Below are positions 27,653 to 35,160 of a stretch of DNA of 64,000 nucleotides, piece after piece (the first letter of the stretch is position 1; each line of letters starts with the position of its first letter). Source of the DNA: an uncultured Planctomycetales bacterium (GTDB taxonomy: Bacteria > Planctomycetota > Phycisphaerae > UBA1845 > PWPN01); contig CAZPIO010000014.1 of assembly GCA_964586235.1 (NCBI GenBank), positions 8,482-72,481 of the forward strand, given 5' to 3'. Made by a program: the position numbers and the translations under genes. The notes under the pieces were generated by a model. The model had not been told where the DNA came from. It did not search any database and saw nothing but the letters and a program-made list of their open reading frames with translations.

Positions 27653-28957
27653 TCAGGCGCACGGGTGGGGATAGGGCCACCGCAGCCAGTGGTGATGAAT
27701 CTCGCCTTGTGGCATGGCGCTGCCCCAGTCGCGCACACGAGGATGCCCCAGAAATGCCAGTCGGTGGTGCCCGTGCAGGCCGACCAGCCCTGGAATCAGC
27801 GCCTTGACGACATGCAGCTCCAGTTCGGCCGCCCACGGGGGCGTCAAGTCCACCCAGGCACCTGGCAATCCGTGCGCCTCCAGGCGACTCGACAGTACAT
27901 TCAGCATGGCACCTTCCTGCGATATCTCCGGGGCGCCCCGCAACCTCGATATGCGAGGATTCTCGTCGAGGAAGGCAAATGCCTTCTGGGCAAGGCCCGG
28001 CTGACTGCTGTAGAGACGGGCGTGCAGAGAGAAGTCGGTCACGTTGCTGAAATCGGCAGCAGGCTGCCAGTCCGGGTCCTGTGCGATCAGCGTGCGGACA
28101 TACACTCGGTCCTGGCCGACTTCCCTGGCGGCCTTGCGCACGGCTGTCCTCCAGTCCGGATGACACGCACTGCCGACGCTGACAAGCGGGCCGGCCGGTC
28201 CCTGACCGATGCACACGATGAAGACCACGGGGACGCCCAAGTCGGTGGTCAGATCGTATGCAGTTGCCCGATCGAACGGCGGGAGAAGGTCTCCCGCGTG
28301 CTCCATCAAAGCGTTCGCGTCAATCCGCGGCGGCGAGATGCCCTTCAGCCAGCAGATCGCGACCGCATCGCGCTCGATCACCTCGCAGATGCCGCCCAGA
28401 ATGGCTTCTTCCCGGGTGCTCGCACAGCACAGGCCGGTACTCAGGCCGGGCATCACCAGCGGTTCGCCTTCGGTCAACCGGTAGGCGACGTACACGGCGA
28501 ACGCCGGTACGTGACAGAGTGCGCCCGATCGGAGACTCCGGCCTTCGACCCAGCCCAGGAGATCATCCGCCAATGGCCGCCTGAATGGAAAACCCGCACT
28601 TGCATACTGCTCGTCGCTGAAGCACGTAAACAGCGCAGGAACAAGAAAGCGCCCCGACAGCTCTCTCGCTCTCGCGCGATGAATCGCTCGCGCCGGATAC
28701 GCCGAGGCCGCGTAGCGTTCGACGGCCTCACCCAGGGCCGCGCACAGGGCCTCCTCGATGGTTTGACCGCTTCCGCCGACCTGTAAACCTCCGCGTTCGC
28801 TCCAGGATGGGTGTGTGTTGGCGATTCGCGCGCCCACGTGCTCGAGCGCCGCGTCACCGTCGATGGTCGCGACCCTGGCGACCTGCTGGACGATCCCGCT
28901 GCGGCGCCCCACCAGTCCTTCAAACAACTGCCGGGCCTTTTCGCTGGAGGTGATCAT
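27653..28957 (-). CDS. YcaO-domain cyclodehydratase (azoline-forming type)
   Basis: GGSGQTIEEALCAALGEAVERYAA is the YcaO ATP/Mg motif region. Also LSTGLCCASTREEAILGGICEVIERDA. The extreme C-terminus ...HHWLRWPYPHPCA contains a PxPxP motif. The preferred start MITSSE (28957) overlaps the upstream stop as ATGA; the maximal ORF start is 29014. Confidence 0.88.
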   Translation of the reverse strand: MITSSEKARQLFEGLVGRRSGIVQQVARVATIDGDAALEHVGARIANTHPSWSERGGLQVGGSGQTIEEALCAALGEAVERYAASAYPARAIHRARARELSGRFLVPALFTCFSDEQYASAGFPFRRPLADDLLGWVEGRSLRSGALCHVPAFAVYVAYRLTEGEPLVMPGLSTGLCCASTREEAILGGICEVIERDAVAICWLKGISPPRIDANALMEHAGDLLPPFDRATAYDLTTDLGVPVVFIVCIGQGPAGPLVSVGSACHPDWRTAVRKAAREVGQDRVYVRTLIAQDPDWQPAADFSNVTDFSLHARLYSSQPGLAQKAFAFLDENPRISRLRGAPEISQEGAMLNVLSSRLEAHGLPGAWVDLTPPWAAELELHVVKALIPGLVGLHGHHRLAFLGHPRVRDWGSAMPQGEIHHHWLRWPYPHPCA

Positions 28958-29892
28958 CGCGGTCCTGCCCCGCAGGCTTCGCACCAGGGAATCCGCCACG
29001 CAGGCTCTGACCACATCCGCAATCGCTCATAGTCAATCGTGATCACGCGGTTCAGCGTCCGGAGAGGCCGGTGCCTCGCGAAAAACGCCACGATCTCGGC
29101 GCCGGCCAGGCCTGCGAGCCAGTAGCGGAACGTCGGCAGCGCCCCGTAGGCGGGAAGCGCAGCCCCGGACTCGATCATCTGTTGTTCAGCGGCCGACAAC
29201 TCGGCGTAAGCGGCGGTGTTCTGGCGGAGTCGTTCGCGAAAGCAGGCGTAACACGAACCCTCGCCGGGAACGTAAAACGGCCCGAGCGAAGCATGTTGAC
29301 CGTGCGAAAGGTCAACGAACAGACATGCAACGGAGGCCTGACATACGAGGCGATTGATCTTCATCGCCATGACCAGATCGGGCCGCTCCCAGACGTACAC
29401 GGCCGTGGTGCGGCGGTCAGCTTCCTCGTGAATAAGCGCATCGGGGTTATCACCAACAGTTACGTTGAACCCGTGCTCCCTCAGATTCTGAGACAACACG
29501 GCCGCCATCGGGCAATTCCCCAGAATCGCGACCTGGCTGGGCACGGGGATCGACGGGGACGCCCCTCCCCTGGTGGGGAAGTGCGAGAAGTACAAGTCGA
29601 CCGCGTCGCCAGCCGCCTGGTCCGCTGTCACCAGCAGGCCCTGTCCGGCAAGCTTCGTGATCAACGAGTCGACAAAGCCATCGTTGTCACCTCCGATCGT
29701 CCGAGCGATGTCCTCGCGGCTGTGGGCGCCGTCCAGATTGATAAGAACGCGATGAGTCAGATCGGATTGTTCCGCGGGGATGAAGTAGATGTCCTCGTCG
29801 CCGGCTCGGAGCTGGACGCCGCCCGGCATCGGGATGACAGCCAGATCGCGGCGCAGCACCGGCTGAGACGATGTGTTGCCCAGGATTGTCAT
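28954..29892 (-). CDS. E1(ThiF)-like TOMM cyclodehydratase docking/leader-binding protein with an N-terminal RRE-like winged helix
   Basis: The ORF 28954..30054 is trimmed to MTILGNTSSQ (ATG 29892). RRE-like region: VIPMPGGVQLRAGDEDIYFIPAEQSDLTHRVLINLDGAHSREDIARTIG...LITKLAGQGLLV. Degenerate Rossmann fold VAILGNCPMAAVL. Two CxxC pairs (SCYACF, WCEACG) are typical of the E1-like structural Zn site. Confidence 0.8.
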   Translation of the reverse strand: MTILGNTSSQPVLRRDLAVIPMPGGVQLRAGDEDIYFIPAEQSDLTHRVLINLDGAHSREDIARTIGGDNDGFVDSLITKLAGQGLLVTADQAAGDAVDLYFSHFPTRGGASPSIPVPSQVAILGNCPMAAVLSQNLREHGFNVTVGDNPDALIHEEADRRTTAVYVWERPDLVMAMKINRLVCQASVACLFVDLSHGQHASLGPFYVPGEGSCYACFRERLRQNTAAYAELSAAEQQMIESGAALPAYGALPTFRYWLAGLAGAEIVAFFARHRPLRTLNRVITIDYERLRMWSEPAWRIPWCEACGAGPR

Positions 29893-30566
29893 CAGAGCCA
29901 ACCTGCCCCCTTCGCGATCACCAGCATGATCCCGTACCCCAGCAGCGTCCCCAGGACTGCCAGTCCGAGGCAGCGTCCGCCCACCCGCCAGGCAAAGCGA
30001 TACTTCGACTCCATCAGCCGGGGCAGAGCGAGCGGCGCAAACGTCTGTCCACACTCAGGGCACCGGCGCTGCTCGAGAGATCCTCGCAGATCGTAACCGC
30101 ACCCCAGGCAGGCATAACCTCCTTTGGAGGTCGCCTCGGCCGGGTCATCGGGCGTCAACCATGCGCCCGCCAGCATGCCTGCCAGAACGGGCACAAAAAC
30201 GGCGCAGGGAACAAACGCCACGAGGATGAGCGTGCTGCTGAAGATGTTTGCCCCGGCACCGGCGGCCGGTCCGGGCAACGCCATGAACTGCCACGACAGC
30301 AGGAGAACCAGCACCGCGAGGAGAAGCCCGACGAGCCCGCCGATCGCAGAGTTTCGCCTCGCCCTGGCGTGCTTGATCTGGCCGGGAGGAGGCTGCGACC
30401 CTCGGCCGGCTCCGATGGCGCCGCCGAGAACCGCGCCGAGCCAGTGCAGGCAGCAGCAGCAACAGCAGCAGGTGCCGCTATACAGCGTGGCCCAACGATG
30501 CCCGTCGAAATCATTCTCGCGACGAAGAATGACTGGTCTGGCTTGCGGTTCCTGCAACGTGCTCAT
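29892..30566 (-). CDS. Poly-Cys (Cys7) zinc-ribbon membrane protein, paralog B; putative substrate of the adjacent azole synthetase
   Basis: 224 aa: MSTLQEPQARPVILRRENDFDGHRWATLYSGT-CCCCCCC-LHWLGAVLGGAIGAG...KHARARRNSAIGGL... There are three to four hydrophobic segments. Motifs: CLGCGYDLRGSLEQRRCPECG and a C-terminal TM segment. Its stop overlaps the docking-protein start (TGATG). Confidence 0.7.
   Translation of the reverse strand: MSTLQEPQARPVILRRENDFDGHRWATLYSGTCCCCCCCLHWLGAVLGGAIGAGRGSQPPPGQIKHARARRNSAIGGLVGLLLAVLVLLLSWQFMALPGPAAGAGANIFSSTLILVAFVPCAVFVPVLAGMLAGAWLTPDDPAEATSKGGYACLGCGYDLRGSLEQRRCPECGQTFAPLALPRLMESKYRFAWRVGGRCLGLAVLGTLLGYGIMLVIAKGAGWL
30450..30470 (-). repeat. (TGY)7 trinucleotide tract encoding Cys33-Cys39 of paralog B
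   Basis: The minus strand reads TGC TGC TGT TGC TGC TGC TGC, followed by CTG CAC TGG (LHW). Confidence 0.95.
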
Positions 30567-30663
30567 GGATCATCCCGATCGGCTAGAAGTTGCCGCGAAT
30601 GTATGCCTTCGGTCGCCGCGGGTCAACCATCACCGTCAGGTGCCACAGGCGATGACGGCGCCC

Positions 30664-31377
30664 TCACCTGCTGAAGCACACCCCGGCCATAAACAGATAG
30701 CCGACGGCCGTGCCAATCAGAGACAACAGCAGACCCAGACCGCCGGCGCGCCTGGCGAGTCTATACTTCGATTCCAGCCTGGTGGGCAGACAGGACGGGT
30801 CAAACGGCATGCCGCACTCCGGGCATCGGGCCTGCTCCAGCGAGCCGCGGACGTCGTAACCGCACTGCGTGCAGCCGTAGCCGCTCGGACCTCTTTGCCC
30901 CGCGGCGCTGCCTGGAGTAACCCAGGCCCCTGCCAGCATCCCCAACCACACCGGCACAAACAGCGAGCAGGGCACGAAGATCAACGAGATGCCCACGTAT
31001 CGAGCGACGTGCATCGCATCATAACGGGATACGCCGACTATCGACTGTCGCACAGGCACATAATTCATGAGCATCACGGCGATCGTGACCAGCAAACCAC
31101 ACAAACCTCCGATCACCGAGTTGCGTCTGGCCCTGCGGTGCTTGACCACGCCGGGGGGAGGAGGTGACGAGCCGATGCCGATACCGGCCAGGCCGCCGAT
31201 GGCCGCGCCGATCCAGTGAAGGCAGCAGCAGCAACAACAGCACCCGTTGAACAGGGTGATCTGACCTTGCCCCTGAAAATCACTGGGGCGGCGCAGAACA
31301 GATGCGTTGTCGCCGGCTTTGCGCATGATTGACACTTGTTGCCTCAGATGTCTTTCATGCATTCTACGAATGGGCAA
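30664..31377 (-). CDS. Poly-Cys (Cys7) zinc-ribbon membrane protein, paralog A; putative substrate of the azole synthetase
   Basis: The maximal ORF starts at TTG 31377; alternative ATGs are at 31362 and 31326 (MRKAGDNASVLRRPSDFQGQGQITLFNG-CCCCCCC-LHWIGAAIGG...KHRRARRNSVIGGL...CTQCGYDVRGSLEQARCPECG...LESKYR). It is collinear with paralog B over its full length. Confidence 0.7.
   Translation of the reverse strand: MPIRRMHERHLRQQVSIMRKAGDNASVLRRPSDFQGQGQITLFNGCCCCCCCLHWIGAAIGGLAGIGIGSSPPPPGVVKHRRARRNSVIGGLCGLLVTIAVMLMNYVPVRQSIVGVSRYDAMHVARYVGISLIFVPCSLFVPVWLGMLAGAWVTPGSAAGQRGPSGYGCTQCGYDVRGSLEQARCPECGMPFDPSCLPTRLESKYRLARRAGGLGLLLSLIGTAVGYLFMAGVCFSR
31222..31242 (-). repeat. (TGY)7 trinucleotide tract encoding the Cys7 run of paralog A
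   Basis: The minus strand reads TGC TGT TGT TGC TGC TGC TGC, followed by CTT CAC TGG (LHW). Confidence 0.95.
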
Positions 31378-31485
31378 CCTGACTGGTTCTGACCCGCGAT
31401 GGAAAAAGATCGACCTCGAAGCCCGAGTTGGCGAACGCAGCCGGGTGGCAAGGCGTGCTACTTGGAACGAGGAGCGGCCCGGGAG

Positions 31486-34083
31486 CTAAGGGAAATCAAA
31501 CGTACCCCGAGTCAGCCCCGCGGGGTAACGCCTCTTGAGGCAGCGGCCCAACTCTTCGGCGTCGGCGCTGCTCCTCATCCAGCGGGCGTACAACTCGACC
31601 AGCCGGCGAGCGTCCTGGGGGCTTTCATCGAGAAGCTCGACGCGCCAGCGGCTGACATTCAAGTCACGGAGTTGTGGCAACAGCTCTGCGGCCGACTGAA
31701 CACGGCCGCCGAAGGCCGTCGCGCGGCCGGCCGAATCCACGAGAACCGGATGATCCACGCCGAGCCGGTCGCGGAGGTGGATTCGGTGCTTCCGGCACGG
31801 ATGACCGCACTCCTCGCAGTTGTCGGCTTTCGATATGAGCGACGCGACACAATGAGCCATGTGGAACATCGGAACGTGCTGGTGGATGACGATTTCGCAG
31901 GCGGCACGCGGCAGTCGGGCGCACATGGCCGCCAGTTGGGCCATGTTGAGGTCATACGAAGCAGTCACGCGGCTTGCACCGAGATCCAGCAGCGTCGCGG
32001 CCGTGATTTGGTTGGCCGCGTTCAGCGAATAGTCAACCACAACGGTGAGATCGGGCGCTTCCCGGCGGAGCAATCGCAGCGCAGGCAGGTTGCGGACCAG
32101 AATCACATCGGGTTCCAGGCCCACCATGAGCCTGACCGAGTCCTCTTCGCCCGGCTTGCAGATTCGCGTGGTCGCCAGGCCCGCCGCAACGCCGGCAGAT
32201 CGGCACGTCTCCACCGCCCGGTCATCATCGCCGCGATCGGCGAAGTCGCAGTACACCACCGACAGGCTCGACTGACCCGCGGAACAATGCCATGCGAGCA
32301 CCGCCTCCAGTTGCGCAATGTCTCTCACCAGTACGCAAAGCCCCGCGCCGGTCTTCGACGGCTGCTGCGAAGCTGCTGCAGACCGGCTGCAGATCTCCCG
32401 CCGAATCACCTCCACGGCGTTCCGCTCCGCGATTTCGTGCCTGCACCCCGCGGAGCGCCGTTCCAGAAGAAGCCGAGTGACCTCGCGCCGCAGGTGATTG
32501 AGGACGCTCTTGGGAGCCATCAACGGCAGCGAGTCCACCGGCACGCCACCGTCAAGCAGTTCGACCGACGCCAGTTCGTAGGGTGTATCACCGGTTCGCC
32601 CGAACTGCTCGCGCAGCAGGGCCGCGGTGAGCGGATGCCGCCGGGCCGGCTCCAGCCGGTCGTCAGACTCGATTGTGATCGGAGGGCCGCGGTCATCGAC
32701 TGCCTCGATCACCAGCCTTCCCTCCGTTGATATCAACGCCCGAACGTGCAGCGGCACACGGCTGGCCACGCGATCCCTGGCGAAAGTGGTCTCCAGCCTT
32801 CGCCGAAGCGCCGGGTCATCCGTCTTCCAGACTGTGCTGCCAACCGCCACGGCCGCCAGATTCACGTCGCCATGACCGAACTCCAACTCCAGGTACACCG
32901 GTCTCTGCTCGCCGGCTGCCGCCCGCGGGCCATCGGCCGGCTTGACCGAATACACCCTCCCACCCTGCTCATCCTGCTCCGGATACCCGTGGTCGAATAC
33001 CACTCCGTCCCCTGGCTTGAGCGGCAGTTCCCCCGCAACAGCAGCCTCGGCCCAGACCTCGACCAGCACCGCCTGCCGCGTCTTGCCCGCCACCTTGCCG
33101 ATGTCCACTCCCCGACTCCTGGGAAAACGCCCGTCAACCAGGCCCTGATGCCGGTCGCCTTCAAGGAACCCATGGCTGAATCCTCGCGAGAAGCTCTGAG
33201 CCAGCTCCAATTCCCGTTCACGACTCAACCGAAACGCACGTCCCGACAGCGCTGCGTCAATCGCGTCGCGATAGACGGCCGTCGTCGCCGCCACGTAATG
33301 AGCGCTCTTGAGCCGACCCTCGATCTTGAAACCGCGGACCCCTGCGGCGGCCAACTGAGGAATCATGTCCCACGCGGCGAGGTCCTTGGCGCTCAGCAGG
33401 TACGAAGGCTCGCGCGAGCCGACGGGCCGGCCGTCCACCACGAGCTGATACGGCAGGCGACACGCCTGGCCGCAGACACCGCGATTGGCGCTGCGGCCCC
33501 AGAGCGATTCGCTGGCCAGGCACTGCCCGCTGTAGGAAATGCAGATCGCGCCGTGAACGAATACCTCCAGTTCGACGCTCGTCGTGCGAGCAATCCGCCC
33601 GATTTCGTCCAGCGAAAGCTCACGAGCCAGGATCACGCGCCGGACGCCCATTTCTCGCAGCATCTCGATGCCCGCTGCGTGCGTCTGGGTCATCTGCGTC
33701 GACGCGTGGACCGGCAGCGTGGGTGCCATCCGTTGGATCACTCGGATCAACCCGAGGTCCTGAACAATCACCGCATCGGCCCCGGCCTCGCCAATCCCGG
33801 CAATGAAATCGGCCGCCCGCTTCAGCTCGCCAGAGAAAACCAGCGTGTTGAAAGCCACGTAACCACGTACGTTGTGGTCGTGAAGATACCCCATCACCTC
33901 CGGCAAACGGGCCAGGGTGAAATTGGCCGCCCGCCTCCGGGCGTTGAACTCCTCGAGACCGAAGTACACGGCGTCAGCGCCGTTGGCCACGGCCGCGCGC
34001 ATGCACTCCTCGTCGCCGGCGGGGGCGAGAAGCTCGGGCTTGCGTTCATGCAATAACCGGTCGGACATCCAGCGGGGCTCCAC
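31486..34083 (-). CDS. Peptidase U32-family protein with two U32-like modules (865 aa)
   Basis: PELLAPAGDEECMRAAVANGADAVYFG, VHASTQM, ARELSLDEI, EVFVHGAICISYSGQCLAS...GQACRLPY is the U32 signature. The second half repeats a U32-like barrel (VIHQHVPMFHMAHCV...CEECGHPC). GTG start at 34083, or ATG at 34068. Confidence 0.8.
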   Translation of the reverse strand: MEPRWMSDRLLHERKPELLAPAGDEECMRAAVANGADAVYFGLEEFNARRRAANFTLARLPEVMGYLHDHNVRGYVAFNTLVFSGELKRAADFIAGIGEAGADAVIVQDLGLIRVIQRMAPTLPVHASTQMTQTHAAGIEMLREMGVRRVILARELSLDEIGRIARTTSVELEVFVHGAICISYSGQCLASESLWGRSANRGVCGQACRLPYQLVVDGRPVGSREPSYLLSAKDLAAWDMIPQLAAAGVRGFKIEGRLKSAHYVAATTAVYRDAIDAALSGRAFRLSRERELELAQSFSRGFSHGFLEGDRHQGLVDGRFPRSRGVDIGKVAGKTRQAVLVEVWAEAAVAGELPLKPGDGVVFDHGYPEQDEQGGRVYSVKPADGPRAAAGEQRPVYLELEFGHGDVNLAAVAVGSTVWKTDDPALRRRLETTFARDRVASRVPLHVRALISTEGRLVIEAVDDRGPPITIESDDRLEPARRHPLTAALLREQFGRTGDTPYELASVELLDGGVPVDSLPLMAPKSVLNHLRREVTRLLLERRSAGCRHEIAERNAVEVIRREICSRSAAASQQPSKTGAGLCVLVRDIAQLEAVLAWHCSAGQSSLSVVYCDFADRGDDDRAVETCRSAGVAAGLATTRICKPGEEDSVRLMVGLEPDVILVRNLPALRLLRREAPDLTVVVDYSLNAANQITAATLLDLGASRVTASYDLNMAQLAAMCARLPRAACEIVIHQHVPMFHMAHCVASLISKADNCEECGHPCRKHRIHLRDRLGVDHPVLVDSAGRATAFGGRVQSAAELLPQLRDLNVSRWRVELLDESPQDARRLVELYARWMRSSADAEELGRCLKRRYPAGLTRGTFDFP

Positions 34084-34122
34084 ACTGTGCTCCGGCCCGG
34101 CCCATGATAATCGACACCGGGC

Positions 34123-35160
34123 TCAATCGACGAGCCAGTTGTCCCGCCCATTGAGGACCGTCTGCAGGTCCGGCGCGCCGCGGGGAGGAGTGATGCTCTT
34201 GATCTGCTCGTCGAGCATGCCATCGTATGTCGGCATGTCGATAGCCCGGAACACTCCGATCGGCTCGGGAAAGTCGGGATGGCGCAGCCGGGTGAGCAGG
34301 AATGCCAGCGCGGGACTCGGGGCCTTTTCGTCGTGAATCAGCAGGTCGCTCAGGGAGGCCCCGTCCTGACCGATCGTAACCACTTCCGGCTGATGGCAGC
34401 CAACCATGCGGATGCCCTTGTCGAGGTTTTTCCCGAAAATCAGCGTGCGGCCATGGGACAACTCGATGATATGATCGGCTCGAATACGCCGGTCCGTGGC
34501 GTAACTGTACGCACCGTCATTGAACACGTTGCAGTTCTGATAAACCTCGACGAACGCCGCGCCCCGGTGCGCCGCTGCCCGCTGGAGTACATACTCCAGG
34601 TGAGACGGGATCATATCGACGGTGCGTGCCACGAACGTTGCCTCGCAACCGATGGCGAACGCGCAAGGGGAGATCTGCCCGATTAATGAGCCGAACGGAG
34701 ACGAGGCAGTGACCTTGTTCTGCTCAGAGGTCGGCGAGACTTGCCCCTTGGTCAGGCCGTAAATGCGATTGTTCATCATGATGATCTTGATGTTCATGTT
34801 GCGGCGGATCGCGTGCATGAGATGGTTCCCGCCGATCGCCAGACCATCGCCATCCCCGGTGATGACCCAGATATCCAGGTCGGGCCGGACCAGCCTCAGG
34901 CCGGAGGCGATGGCCGGGGCGCGCCCGTGGATGCCATGAATACCGTAGGTCGCCATGTAATACGGCAGGCGGCTCGCACAGCCGATTCCCGAGATGAACA
35001 CCACGCGGTCGGGGTCAGCTCTCGTATTGGCGAGAACCCTTCGAATCTGCGTCAAGACGGAATAGTCTCCGCACCCCGGGCACCAGCGCACCTCCTGACC
35101 GCTCGCGAACTCCTTGGGGTCTCTCTTGCGGTTGGCGGACGCAGGATCATTAGCTGTCAC
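34123..35160 (-). CDS. korB: 2-oxoacid (2-oxoglutarate):ferredoxin oxidoreductase, beta (TPP) subunit
   Basis: The ORF is trimmed to GTG 35160 (GAAGGAGG RBS; GTGA overlap with the korA stop). Motifs: WCPGCGDYSVL, GIGCASRLPYY, HGRAPAIASG, VITGDGDGLAIGGNH. Confidence 0.88.
   Translation of the reverse strand: MTANDPASANRKRDPKEFASGQEVRWCPGCGDYSVLTQIRRVLANTRADPDRVVFISGIGCASRLPYYMATYGIHGIHGRAPAIASGLRLVRPDLDIWVITGDGDGLAIGGNHLMHAIRRNMNIKIIMMNNRIYGLTKGQVSPTSEQNKVTASSPFGSLIGQISPCAFAIGCEATFVARTVDMIPSHLEYVLQRAAAHRGAAFVEVYQNCNVFNDGAYSYATDRRIRADHIIELSHGRTLIFGKNLDKGIRMVGCHQPEVVTIGQDGASLSDLLIHDEKAPSPALAFLLTRLRHPDFPEPIGVFRAIDMPTYDGMLDEQIKSITPPRGAPDLQTVLNGRDNWLVD

Noticed and set aside
27633-28214. N-terminal extension of the SagB ORF, plus extensions of the docking-protein ORF to 30054 and the methylase ORF to 18269
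   Set aside because: The extensions overlap the upstream genes in another frame and lack homology. Shorter starts give RBSs or stop-start overlaps consistent with operon coupling.
30640-30646. Additional GTGCCAC heptamers (for example in the gap between the two poly-Cys genes) as further copies of the intergenic repeat
   Set aside because: A 7-mer is expected several times by chance in 64 kb of GC-rich DNA. Only the 19-mer pair, and perhaps the 10-mer at 26713-26722, is beyond chance.
26760-31167. Plus-strand ORFs across the YcaO cluster (26760-27629, 27626-28786, 29071-30096, 29871-30674, 30124-31167), including one with a QQQQQQ run
   Set aside because: All are antisense to the motif-supported minus-strand genes. 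The poly-Gln is simply the reverse-complement reading of the (TGY)7 Cys tract. Their compositions are Arg/Pro/Gly/His-rich.
31361-31366. TAGAAT as a -10 box for the poly-Cys/YcaO operon
   Set aside because: There is no acceptable -35 at 16-18 nt. It also overlaps two of the three candidate start codons of paralog A. This is too weak to annotate.
31399-34056. Plus-strand ORFs 31399-32730 and 32746-34056
   Set aside because: They are antisense to the U32-family gene, whose signature motifs are clear.
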